A stretch of 64,000 bases of DNA from Azolla caroliniana (Eukaryota; Plantae; Polypodiophyta). Every line of letters begins with the position of its first letter. The stretch's first letter is position 1. Position numbers and translations under genes: made by a program. The notes beneath the pieces were generated by a model that worked only from the letters and a program-made list of their open reading frames with translations, did not search any database and was not told where the DNA came from. The stretch spans positions 14,942,001 to 15,006,000 of the forward strand of contig JBHGNT010000002.1 of assembly GCA_043228905.1 (NCBI GenBank). Direction: 5' to 3'. This document shows, one piece after another, positions 50,718-62,800 of the stretch.

Positions 50718-51734
50718 TGTCGTGAAGATCCGTCACTACGCGCGGATCGTGAGGCGGAACCGCCGGGGTTCTGGACCGGAAGGATTCAAAGTCAGTACAA
50801 GCTTTGGCGCAAGCTTTAGCGAGAAAGTACTTAAGATAGATTGGGAAAGAGAGAAGTTGAGATTACACTATTGAGAGAGATTGATTGAACTTTTAACTTT
50901 AGATTTAAGAAACAAGTTACACCATCAATTTGATAACGAATTTCTTCTTCTTAATTTCATAATAAAAAAAAACCGTGTTTTTTCTCCTCCCCCTTCCCTC
51001 TTTTATAGATGCTCTCATGCATATGATGCATGTGAGGGTACAAGACATGCATAAATTGCATGTTTGCCATTTGGCGCTTATGTATTACATGTGGTGCATG
51101 ATAACCATGTCACTCATTTTAGCTCTCATGTATGAGAATTTACATGTAAAAGTACAATGATAGAAATATAATTTCAACTAAATAGCATGGCTTAATGGTA
51201 AGCCAATTGACTCCTAACTTGGAGGTGCAAGGTTCAAATCCTTACCTGCCCTCCTTGTATATATATTTATCTAGGCGCCGGACGTCGGTTCGCCGGTGCC
51301 TCGTCGGTTACCGGTGCGTCGTCGGATCACCGGCTCCATTGCCGGTCCGGTTTTGGTTGGCCAAAACCCTTTACGAGTAGCTAGCCCACCTCCACTCTTA
51401 GTTCAAGTTACCTTGAACTCTCTATGCTCCACACATAGACACAAAGATAATATCTTTTGGTCCACCTTATATATGATGAGAGCTGTATTTGTCGTGCCTA
51501 TGTGGGATATCTCACAATTTTCTCTTTTCCTTTCACAAACTTTATACCCTTATATCTTGACATTTAGTTGTCCGTTTCTCGTGTAATAAAGTGCATTCGA
51601 AACCTCCATCATTTTGTACTTAGATATTAAATCTATTTAAAATGTTATCTTCACAATTATTGTACTATGTGATTCATACTCGATTTCTTACGTTTGATGA
51701 GATTTTCACACTATTGCCGAAAATTTTCACGACA
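50718..51734 (-). repeat. 5' LTR of G2
   Basis: Direct repeat of 38162-39178; followed on minus by the PBS and gag. Confidence 0.96.
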
Positions 51735-53824
51735 TCGTCATTATTGTCGTTCTTTTTCGATTTTGATGGTTTTTGCAAGTGTCATTGTTGTTAGCAGGGA
51801 ACATTAGTTTCTAACATATCAACATTCAAAAGACACATACCCATTCTCTAAATACAATAAAATATTCCTCCAATGCCTTGTAGGAAGAAGTTATCCGGCA
51901 GGCTTGTTCAACTTCTTCCCATGTCGATAAACTCAGTTCTTGCATCATCAACTCCTGAATCTTCATGTATACCTTGTGACCGCACAATCAATATGAAATT
52001 AGAGATAAGATATTCAAAATAATTGAAGACTTTCATGAAAAGGTATACTATAAACACTTACTTTTGCAAGTCTGTTACCATCTCGTCCAAACTAAATTCC
52101 TTGGCGACCACTCGAGATAGCACGGATATTAACAATCTATCATCTTTGATACCTTGTAATGATCTCCAAGGTAAAAGTTTCATGTCCTCTGGTAACTCCT
52201 CGATTACCAAGTCGCTTTTTCCCTTGGTCTTTGATTTCATCTCAACTTGTGGATCAATTCTTCCCTTTTTTGATCTTTGCCCCTTGACTTCTTTCCGCTC
52301 CCACATAGAGAATATTTTGTCTTGGAGATCCCACACCTCTCCGGTCCGAAAAGCTAGTTGAAACCAAGAATCATATTTTCGGAGACCTTCGGATTTCGTA
52401 CTCTCATCCACTGCAATCCCTACTTCCAATAAACACTGACGTCGCAATCCAGGCCACAATCTTGGACCAAAATGATTCAAGGCATCTAGGTATTCATGAT
52501 GAAAAAATCTTATCCTCTCTATACATGACATCTTTTGCCTATAATTGTTGTCATTGTTATGGTCCCATGCGAGCAGCTTTGCCTCCTCGTGAGTTAGTCC
52601 TGCATATACCTTACATTCGGCGTACTTGAAGAACGGCGTGAAAGGATATTCTTTGACAAGCTGTCGTCGAGCTTCGGCCAAATGTGATCCTCCGATTACA
52701 TAGTATGTGTAATCGTCTGCAGAGCTATACTTGAAATCTGCTACTGTTGGGCATTGTTCTTGATCAACCATTACCAAAAATGGCACCACAGTAGCGTGAA
52801 GATTGATTTTCATTTTGCTTTTCAGGTTTTGCACATGGACGGAGTGCGGTTCCCTAATTTCCAAGGGACGTCTTCCAGTCATGGGGTCAATGGGGGGCCT
52901 TTGGATAGAAGTAATGGGCAAATGAAATAGTTGGCCCGTGCGCACAAGTTTAGTCTTCACAATATTTTCTCTTATTTTATTTTGTTCTGACGTCAGGACA
53001 CCAGAAGATAGTTGTCCGCCTGGAGCCACGACGTCGACTTGTTGGTCATCTTTTTCTTCCACGAACTCTAATATTTCTTCTTCTTCTTCTTTGGGTCGTG
53101 GTCGTTTAGTATATTTCTTTTGAACAGGATTTGTCTTCCTAGACTTTTTCGGTGGAGTTTCTGCTTCACCAGTCATCATCTCTCCTGTCACGTACGGCCG
53201 AAGAGCTACCAACAAGTTATTTTTCGTTTGCAGGTCTTTACGCAAAGCCTTGGGATTGCAAGATTCGGATACTAGGTTTCCCTCATCAAGTCGCAATCGC
53301 CTGTTGCCAACTGAGCTCGAGACGTCGATTAAAATACTTGTAGAGTCAATGTCTTCGTACTCTAGGTTGGTTACATGCCCGTAATTAAATGTTTTTCCAA
53401 GTTGAAGTTTCCCTTCCCCGTCCGATTTTGCCGTTATCAATAACAGCACCCCATCCTCCTCGACATAGGAGAGACACCATTCAAGTTCGGGGTAATCCTT
53501 ATATTTCACCTCAACCGTTTTCTCCTCTTGCGTACTACCTTTGTTGATTTTGGTAGTAGCCATAGATGACTTGGATCCTCCTTCCCCCGTTGAGTCAAAT
53601 AAAATCTTTTTACTCGTGTCCTTGATGAAGGAGCCAGAATCTTGTTTTGTCGGAGATCGAATCTTCAATCTAAATGAAGGAACTTTTTTTCTGGGTTCAC
53701 TGAAATTAAAAACGTTGGTGAAAACATAGAAACAACGTACAATTTTATCTAAATCACGCAAATTATCATCTAAATTACGTCAATTTTATGGTCCCATGCG
53801 ATAGTTTTTTATCGCAAAAACAAC

Positions 53825-54100
53825 ATTTTTTTCAACGCAAATCCGTTGCACTACATCGGATTTGCGTTGAAAGTCATGCCTTTCAACCAAAATCGGATTT
53901 CTGCATCGGATTTTGGTTGAAGGTCCTGCCTTTCAACCAAAATCCGATGCAGAAATCCGATGCAGTGCATCGGATTTGCGTTGAAAGGTAGGACCTTCAG
54001 CGAAAATCCGATGCACTGCATCGGATTTTGGTTGAAAGGCAGGACCTTCAACCAAAATCCAATGCAGTGCATCGGATTTGCGTTGAAGGTCCTGCCTTTC
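53825..54100. repeat. Array of palindromes in intron 1 of the ParB-MTase gene
   Basis: AAATCCGATGCA-N-TGCATCGGATTT at 53953-53977 and 54004-54028, with degenerate copies near 53840 and 54055, alternating with TTGAA(A)GG..CCTT(T)CAA inverted repeats. Confidence 0.9.
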
Positions 54101-54239
54101 AGAATTGCTTTCGAAGTTCGTTGTACAAAATAAAATAAAATTTCTATGTGTTGAGGAAAGGAATCTTTAAGGAATCTTTAGGAATCTTAAAAAATGTAAA
54201 GAATATTACTAACCTAACGATTTTCTTTCCCTTGTTCAT

Positions 54240-54536
54240 GATTCGTGCCGGAGGTAGTGCTGTCGATGATGTGCTTTTGAGTGCTCGAAAATTGGCCTGT
54301 GCTCTGAGCTCGATGGATTCTTTCACGTGATAATGAAAATGAAATTTCTAACCTCCTTATATAGATGACTTTAGCATTCCTTTTAAAATAGAAAATAATT
54401 TTTAATTATTTGTTTTTTAGGAAAATGTCGGAAAATAATATAGTTAATCTAAGTGTTCGGGTAGTTATATAGTTAGGCTTTAGCATTCCTTAATTTTCTC
54501 AAAAGAAGGTTTTAGAATACAGTTAGACTCCCTCAA
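54240..54536. promoter_or_regulatory. Putative bidirectional promoter between the cargo gene and the transposase
   Basis: ~300-bp AT-rich gap between divergent ATGs, with TATA-like CTATATAAG on minus (~54356-54364) and TTATATAG on plus (~54465-54472). Confidence 0.45.
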
Positions 54537-57209
54537 ATGTCTTCTTCTACAAGTAGAACATCTCTTTTTTCTATTGCCCCCTTTTCATTGTCAGATAACT
54601 CGTATTTCTCAATAGAAGAGTACGACCACAAAAAACATTCGCGGCTTAAACAGAAAAGTGTGGCTCCTAGTACTTCGAATTCTCTGTTTTCAATTGATCC
54701 TGTTGATGGCCCTGTTCATGCAAGCTTACAAGCGGACGATTCTTCGTCGATAGATAACAATAGCATTACTAAACCTCTAGCATTTAAAAGAGTTCCTCGA
54801 CAAGTTAGTGAAAAGAGATTTAATTTCTTATGTTCTGATCGTCAACTTCTATGCGACATGAACAAATCGTGTTGTGCGAATCTCTGTCTATCAACTTATG
54901 GAAAGTCAAGGTTACGTGAAACACGACAAAAATACTTGTCGCTTAATGGGGAAGAGCAAGATACATTTCTTCTTTCGCATATGCAACTTAAATTGGATCA
55001 CAAAGCAGGGCCTAATTCAACGCAAGTTGAATATTTCCTTGGACTAAATACCAAGTGTTGTCGAGCAGCTTTTCAAATCACTCATAGCATTGGAAATATG
55101 CGGCTGCAATGAGTTCAAGAGCGACTTCTGAAGGGCTCCTGGGTACAGTTCGATCAAAATGGTTCTAGATGTAAGGGTCAAATTGGGCAACAGGCAATTA
55201 GGTGGATGGAGGTATATTTTTCAAAACAGTGCGAAGTTATGCCAACGACAGGAAGACTTCATTTGTCAAATAACTTTACTCGAAGGGAAGTTTACCAATC
55301 GTACAAGGACGACATGCCTTCCGATGTTGAGCCTTACATACAGTACAGGCATTTTAATCGACTATGGAGGTTACAATTTAATAACGTGGTTATCCCACGA
55401 AAGGTGCGAATGGGAGTCTGCTCAATATGTGCGAGTTTAAAAAGTATGGCCAAGGGTGGAAAATCAGATGTAGAGATCAAGAATTACAAGAACCTGTTAA
55501 AAGAACATCGTGAAAGTCAGGCATTGGAACGCACTAAGGCTATGCATCACCAACAAAAAGCGTTTCAATCTCCCGAAAAGTATATGTGCATGATTATTGA
55601 CGGCATGGATCAAAAGAAAACTTGTTTGCCGCATTTTCAAAGACTCCCCAAGGATATTGGAGATGAGTGTCTCGTGCAAATGCATCTATTGGGTTGTTTG
55701 ACATATTGTCAAACTATAAGACCGCAAGTGTTCTTAACTTATCCCAATATCCACAACGACCCTAATCTTACTGTCACTGTCATGCACAGGGTATTGCAAT
55801 CATGGTCACGTATACTCCCGCCAGTTCTATATGTGCAACTAGACAACACAGCAAGAGAGAATAAGAACTCAACTGTCTTCGGCTATCTAACCATGCTAGT
55901 AGAGAGGGGCATATTTAAAAAGATAAAGGTTAACTTCTTGTTGGTTGGTCATACCCATGATCACATAGATCAAATGTTCAGTGGGTTCTCAAAGAAACTT
56001 GCTCGCTGTAATGCTTTCACACTTCCCACGCTATCCAAATTGATTAGTGAAGCATATACACCAAAGCCTGAAGTACAACACTTGGAAGAAGTATACGACT
56101 TTAAGCGTTTCTGCATGGATAGTGACGGGACTAAAGGTAGGGTGCTTGCACCTCTTAATAATATAAGTTTCAACCATGTCTTCCTCATAAAACAAAGATC
56201 GGCCCACCTCAAGATGACGGTGTTGTTTGCGAAACAATACTCATCTAGTGCACAATGGGAGCCCCAAGAAGGTTGTAGGCTCCTTCTTCATATCCCAGAT
56301 GAACCTCTACATGGTGCCCAACAAATGCCATATGATGATCGTAAAAATGTAGCACCAAATAGTACTATTGATGAACAAAGGGCATATTGGTTGAGATGTC
56401 TAGTAGAGAAACAAAATAATATTGATCGGACTAAGAAGTATGCCGGTGATGAGGATGTTGAATGGTGGGAGATTTTCTTCACCCATCAACGCACCATTTT
56501 AGATAATTACATCGCCGGTTTATGGCCAATCCGTATCCCATTCACATGGAACATTGGGATGACATCAACAATATCGCAGACTCATCACCAACAATCGAAT
56601 AATATGGAGCTTCATGATTTAGTTTGGCCACTGCAAAGAGATATTTATGTGGGACCAAGAAAGTCACGTACTGTTGAGGCAAGATGGCAAGGTAATTTGC
56701 AAGAACTACAAGTGGGAATGTTGGTTGCAACATTAGCAGGGGACGATACCTTGGGCCATCCATTTTGGATTGCAAAAATTATTGAATTAGTAAGGGATGA
56801 AGAAAGTAGTCAGACAAAGTCAATAGTAGTCCACTGGTATCGGACAAATTCACCTGATGCATTTACAGGAAAGTATTCTTTAGAGATGGTTAAGGATGTC
56901 GGATGTTCAAGCAGAAGGAGAAGAAGAAAGAATATACCGAGCACGGCTACTCTCGCACTAGACAGTGTTGACATACTAGTATATGACTTCTCATTGACAA
57001 ATTTAGGTCATCTAAGACAAGCAACTATCAAGATAATAAAGGAGAAAATCCCAAACATGGTGTCAAACGAAATACAGAGAATAACCAGAAGCAATTCTCA
57101 TAACCACAAAGATGTTGGGTTGGAATTGGATGAGGATAATGCTTTGATTGCCACTGATGATGAGGATGAGACGTCAGAATGCTCTTCTAGTCCATCAGAC
57201 ATGTCTTAA
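54537..57209 (+). pseudogene. Sola-like (DUF7869-type) DDD transposase, 890 codons with one nonsense codon
   Basis: ORFs 54537-55112 and 55206-57209 share a frame, separated only by TGA at 55110-55112 (probably from CGA). Cys clusters, CSIC..H, and triad IIDGMDQ / QLDNTARENKN / GHTHDHIDQMF. Confidence 0.85.
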
Positions 57210-57532
57210 CATATTGGTTTGGTTCAAGCTGGGGATTGTTTTACTACATGATCGGAAACTTTGTAAATTTGTTTTGGATGTAAACTCACGAATATGTATA
57301 ATTGTAACTGGTAGACATGTTGTACATTATTTTGTACTTTTGGTGATGTATTTTTGGAGGCATTTTACTTATGCCTCAAAGTGGTAGTCATGTTGAAATT
57401 CAATATATTTTGCCACCTTTTCTGAAAAGCTTTACGCATGCGTCGTGTCTTTTTGAAAACTACGTGCTTTTGTGCCCTTTTTCGACATAGTGTTCCCATA
57501 ATGCGACATATTACCTATTTCAAATGACCCGG

Positions 57533-59870
57533 TGTTTCATTCGATTCCTCCATGCCAATACGATGTCCCGGATCCGCCCCAACCCCATCTTTGACTTGTT
57601 TTCCGCGGCCTATTTTTTGTTCGTGAATTGTTTGACCAAGCTTGCCGTTGTCACTTCTTGGCTTCTGTAGTGCATGAGTTGGGTCTAATATGTTGTCTAA
57701 ACTCTGTTCAGAGCCATTGTGGCGCGCTCCGTTTCCACATGGTGCTATACTTGCAAGTCCAGTCGCTCTTTCGTTGTTGCCGCTAGTTGTTTCGCTTGTT
57801 CGGCTCCCTTCGACTGCTCTTCCATCAATGCCGTCGTCAACCGGTTAACTTCCTCCCGGAGTTCTCTGCACTTTTCATACTGTCGGTCACTGTCGGTAGT
57901 CAATTTCTTATGATCGGCATCCAAATGCTTATAATCCCGGTGCAGTCGGTCGAAGTCGTCAGTTTGAGCTTTGAGCTTTTGATTTATAAGCCGGTGAGCA
58001 CGGTCGTCATGGTATTTTTGTTGCCAAAGCTCTTCTTTGAGACGCTCAATCTCTACTTCCGCCGTCCTCCGGAGTTTCTCTTTTTCTTGCAGGATTTTGT
58101 CTTTCTCTTCTTTTAGCCGATCATACGCTTGATGCCCTCTTCTCAAGCTTTCCTCTGTTCGGCGGAGGCTGTCGGCCGTTCCCCTTTGTTCCTCCTCCGC
58201 CGCCTTTTTAAATTCTCGTTCCCTGGCACGTAAGGCTTCTTGTGCTGCCAGGTCTTCCCTTAGTGTGGCGAGCTCTTGTGCGGACGATTCATGAGTATCT
58301 GGGCCCGCCGCCGTCACCGGGTTTTGATCGTTTTGTTGAGTTACCGGGGCCACTGGTTTTGATTGATGTGGTCCTTCTATGACCAACTTGGCCATGTCCA
58401 TTCTGGCCTTCTCTATGTCTTCTTCCATGCTCCGGATTCTTGACCGGGCCCTCTCTAACTCCTCAGTTGTGGCTAGCAACCGGGCTTCCTGCGCTTTTTT
58501 TCCCTCTTCTAACTGGCCGACAACACCAGTCACTTGTTCTGCTACCCATCGGAGCCATCGACTGTCGGTGCCTTGTGGTCGTGACGGTTCTAGTTGTGGG
58601 ATGGCGTTTCCACTGGTCATGAGCCCACTATTGACGGTTACGTCACACAGCCGCTCCGGTTCTGGCTGTTGCTGCTGCGGCGGTGATGCCGACAATTCAA
58701 TGACCGGTTCTTGATTCACCGGTATTGCCGTGTCCTTGACCGTTGGTTCTGCGATGTCCTGTTGCAACCCTTGCTCCGTTCCCAATTCTTGTTGCGCCAA
58801 TTCTACCACCTTCCTCAGCTGCGGCTCCTCAGGGGAGGGTTCTAGTCTATTGTCCTTCATTAGCCTTGATGTTCCCCCTTCATGGCCCTTTTCTCTTGTT
58901 TGGCGACGCCGTAGCAGCGTCTCGGTTGGCTCGTCTTCCTGTTGTTCTTCTTCCAGGGTCTCGTTGCTGAATACCGCCGTCAAGGGGTCCTGTGCCTAGG
59001 TTTTCTCCGGTTGCTACTCTACTTGTTGTTCCGACAGGCGCAACTTGATTTTCAACGGTCTCCCCGAGGTGTCCACCAATGTCTCCTTCTCCGCCAGCCG
59101 CTTTCAATTAGGCCATTCCTTCGCGTGGGTAACCAGGAGTTGCTGCCGTCTTGAAGCTGTTTTGGGGGTCGCTTATGTCGGTCTTCTCCTCTTCCTTTGT
59201 TTTATGGGCTCCACGGGTGCTGCTAACAGAGTGAGCCATTGCGCCACTGCTGTCCACATCTTTTTGCCATCTTTTATCGAGATGATGGCAGCGCTCAGGT
59301 TGTCGTCAATCTTTTAGCGACCAATCCACCTGTACTCCCTCGTAGGTGGCTATGATCTCTTGGGCATCACCGGTGGTCGGGGGTACACATGGCCATATTT
59401 GTGGAGTACCCAAGCAATTTCAAGAAACAAGAGATCTTCACCGCCTTGCGTGCGGTACGCCTTCCTGCCAGGGGAGTATTCCCCAAAATACCTCGTCAGC
59501 AGCTCCAACGAAGGGTTGTCGATCGAGTAGATTCCCCCTTCTAGTAGGCCGGTCATGGCTCAAATGGCTTCCTCGGTGATGACCTCCGTGTCGATGTTGT
59601 TAACGACATTTTCCGCATCTCCGTGTGGCGGTGCTTCGACGATCCGCAAGAATCCCTCCAGACCGTGTTGCTTCAGCCATTTCTTAGCCGCTTCTGAGAG
59701 TACCATGCATTCCATGTCGTATTCGGCGTCGGTAGGTTGTGGTAATATGGGTGCGCCTACGTGCTCTGCGTGCTCTCCCCTGATCACTCATAATCGCCTG
59801 TGGACGCTGAGATCTCTGTGTTCGCGAAATGAAAGGGACTCTGGGCGGTGTGGGTTCTCTTTCTCCATGC
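57533..59870 (-). pseudogene. Extra 3' ORF of G3 (coiled-coil rich), cut by the Sola-like element
   Basis: ORF pieces 59787-59560, 59556-59350 and 58983-57745 (heptad-rich); the frame continues through stops to ~57533. Confidence 0.65.
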
Positions 59871-62800
59871 ATGGCGCCTTTTCTTGATTCCCGCGCATGC
59901 ACTTCCTGTACTAATATAGCAGTCGGTTGACACGTGGTGCGCCTGTCTTTAAAAGCTTTAATTAGCCACCCACCCCACCTTTTCAAAGTGCCCATTCGCT
60001 CCTCACCTCTGCATGATGACTTTTTCTTTTTCTTTTCGTTTTTTTTTTCTTTTTTTTTTCAACTTGAGTTTGAGTTAACCGGAAGCACCGGGTCCGTATC
60101 CCGATTTTTCCCCATATTCACTTTTGCCGGTAACCTGTTTGTTGTTATCCGGTAATGCCGGCTTTGCCTACCTATCGGGTAATTTTTCCCTGCTTCCTAC
60201 TGTTGTATCAGCCTCCGTCTGTTCAAACGGGTTCTATGCCATCGGTCCATAATATAGTTTAAGTCGAAACCCATTGACCCATTTGCCCATTATCTCACCG
60301 GCAAGCATTCCGAGCTGGTATGAACCATTGAATTCCCGTGTTATCCAATACGGTCCGGTCCACCAGAACCATAGCTTTCCCGGCTTGCCGATCCCGAACA
60401 TCTTCTCATTGGCCTTCCGGTGCCGATCGACAAACGCCTTCTTTCATCATTGTTCCAGTTCCAACTGCATGAGACTTGCTATCCAATGTTCCTCGAGTTC
60501 GCATAATACGGCTAACCGGATTTTTTCCGATTCCTTTTCACTTAGTTGTTCTTTAACCTGTATCCGCAAACTCGGAACCTGAAATTCGATTGGCATGACT
60601 GCTTTAAGCTCAAATGCTAACCGGAATGGTGTCCGGTTTTCATTGACGATCTTTCAGAGGATGTTTTGGAGCGTTTTGTTTGTGGACTCGGCCAATCCAT
60701 TGGCCTGTGGATAAATAAGGGGTAATGCGCTTTTGTAGCACTTCATAGAATGTCGTTAAGCTCTCCACTACTTGACCGAGAAAATGTCTGCCTTGGTCTC
60801 TAATTAATTCGATCGGGCATCCATACCGACACCAGATGTACTCATATAAGAACTTTGTCGTTGATGCCACAGTGTTGTCCCGCAAAGCCTTGGCTTCTAC
60901 CCACTTGGTGCAATAATCGGTGGCGACTATGACATACTCGTCGGCCACCATAGCCCGCTGTGCCATATCTTTCTTGTCGTAGCGTCCTCGGCATAGTGCC
61001 CTCCGACAATGCCACAGTGCACTTCTCGTAATATTGTGTCCTTTTCGTCGCTTCGCACTGCTCGCTGCCATATGCCATCCGCGCTTTTGTGGTACAGGGT
61101 GTCCTATTGTAGACAAAAATGTCGGCTTGGCAGCGCTAACCGCTTCCGCTCATCGCGGTTCATCTCCTCCGGTCGAAGTCTCGTGCTTAGGAATTGATGC
61201 ATGTTGGTTAGCCACTTGTCTTCGTCGACTACTGTGCTGTCAGTTGCCGTTTCAGCTATTACTTTAAATAACTCAGCATCCGGAAACTCATTTGGCACTC
61301 CGTCTCCGGTCTCACCGAAGTCTAACTGGCTCAGATAATCGGCAACCGCATGTTGTATCCCCGGCCGGTGATATATTTTGAACTCGAACTCTTGTAGCAA
61401 CAATGTCCATCAGGCCAGCTTGCCGGTGAGTGATGCCTTTGAGACCAAATATAACAGCGCTGAGTGGTCGACATGGAATGACAATTTCCTTCCCAATAAA
61501 TAGTGCTTGAACTTGGTAACATTGTAAATCATCCCTAAGGCTTCTCTTTCCATTGTTGAATAATTTTGTTCCGCCTGGGATAGCTTCCGACTAGCATAAT
61601 AGACCGGTTGGTACCATTTCGGTTCAGTCAGTTGCATTAGTGCGTTGCCGATTGCTATGTCAGACGCATCCACGAACACGTGGAATCCTTTTGACCAGTC
61701 CGGTGGTTGCACCACTGGTGCTTCTGATAGCAGTACTTTTAGTGCCCGGTAAGCCTCATCCTCCATATTCGTCCATTGGAAGTGTCCGGTGAACCGCAAC
61801 ATGCAATGGTGTAGCAAGATCGGCCAAATACCGGAGCATCCGACTATGCCACCGGATTTGCCCTAGAAACCGACTCAAGTCTTTCGCTGTCGATGGTGCC
61901 GGTGCTTCTAAGATTTCTTTCACCATATCGGGGTCTACCGCGATCCCGTCCTTTCTGACCAAATGGCCCAACAATGCACCGCTTGTTACTCTAAACACAC
62001 ATTTTGATGGATTCAGGCTTAACCGATAACTTCTGCATTTCTCAAGACATAACCGGAGGTGTTGGAGATGTTCTCCTTCTCGGCTATACACGACGAAGTC
62101 ATCCAGGAATACCCACATGAATGCTGGAATGAACTCGCCAAATATTTCCATGATTATCCGTTGGAAGGTTGCCGGTGCGGTCTTGAGCCCGAACATCATT
62201 ACCACTGCGACAAAGACTCCCCATTCGGTGACGAATGTCGTCTTGTCTTGGTCGTCAGGCTGCATCCTTATTTGATTGTAGCCGCTGAAACCGTCTAGGA
62301 AGCTATACACTTCATGACCGACTACCGCGTCCAACACTCCATCTGTAAACGGCAGTGGAAAGGCGTCGATCACAGTCGCCACATTGAGTTTCCGGTAATC
62401 AACGCACACCTGGATTTTACCGTTCTTTTTTGGCACGACGACTATGGGACTTAACCATGTAGCTTTTTTCACTGGTCGGATAAAACCAACCCGTAGCAAC
62501 TTGTCAATTTCCTCTTTGACTTTTGCCGCATAATTAGAGTTCATCCGGTAACACCGTTGTGCTACCGGTTTGGCATCCTTACTACGGTGTATTTGGTGTT
62601 GGTAGAACTGAGGATCTAGCCCCCCCATGTCTTCATAGGACCAGACAAATACGCCCCAGAATTCCTTTAATAAGGTGATCATCGCCGTCTTATTGTCCGG
62701 TGACATTTCCTTAGCAATATGAACTGGTTTGGCGTCGTCCCCGGTCCTTAAGTTCACTTCCTCTAACTAGGATGCTTTCACGTGTTGGGATACCGCCATC

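Larger units (their letters stand above)
38162..51734 (-). mobile_element. Full-length Ty3/gypsy G2 (Trp PBS, 4-bp TSD; Phygy-like by inference)
   Basis: 1017-bp LTRs at 38162-39178 and 50718-51734 (TGTCG..CGACA; about 7 differences by eye). TSD CCGT/TCGT. PBS 50693-50709, PPT 39179-39190. Confidence 0.96.
36916..54239 (-). pseudogene. Six-exon ParB/Srx-like + beta-class N6A/N4C DNA methyltransferase fusion (967 aa reconstructed)
   Basis: Exons 54239-54214, 53699-52062, 51979-51841, 51772-51735 + 38157-37735, 37645-37356, 37265-36916 total 2904 nt; intron phases 2,2,0,2,1. Motifs YVIGGSHLAEA, LIADIPY, HW|IKTN, NPYKKPQRLINRLI, WVLDLFSGT|GTTTACA..RNCVALEKD. Lesions: Gypsy insertion, TAG at 37162-37164, two decayed acceptors (GG, AA). 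Confidence 0.88.
36685..57530 (+). mobile_element. Large Sola-like DNA transposon carrying a ParB-methyltransferase gene (left terminus lost; contains nested G2 and copia E)
   Basis: DDD transposase 54537-57209 divergent from the cargo gene. Right side abuts the interrupted G3 ORF at ~57530 (...CAAATGACCC). Left side ends at a rearrangement breakpoint, so no TIR pair or TSD is visible. Confidence 0.65.

Noticed and set aside
53700-53761. Track start MRDLDK for the 567-aa ORF, and MTDLHD for ORF 37662-38180
   Set aside because: The first lies in intron sequence upstream of the acceptor at 53700. The second comes from the G2 LTR.
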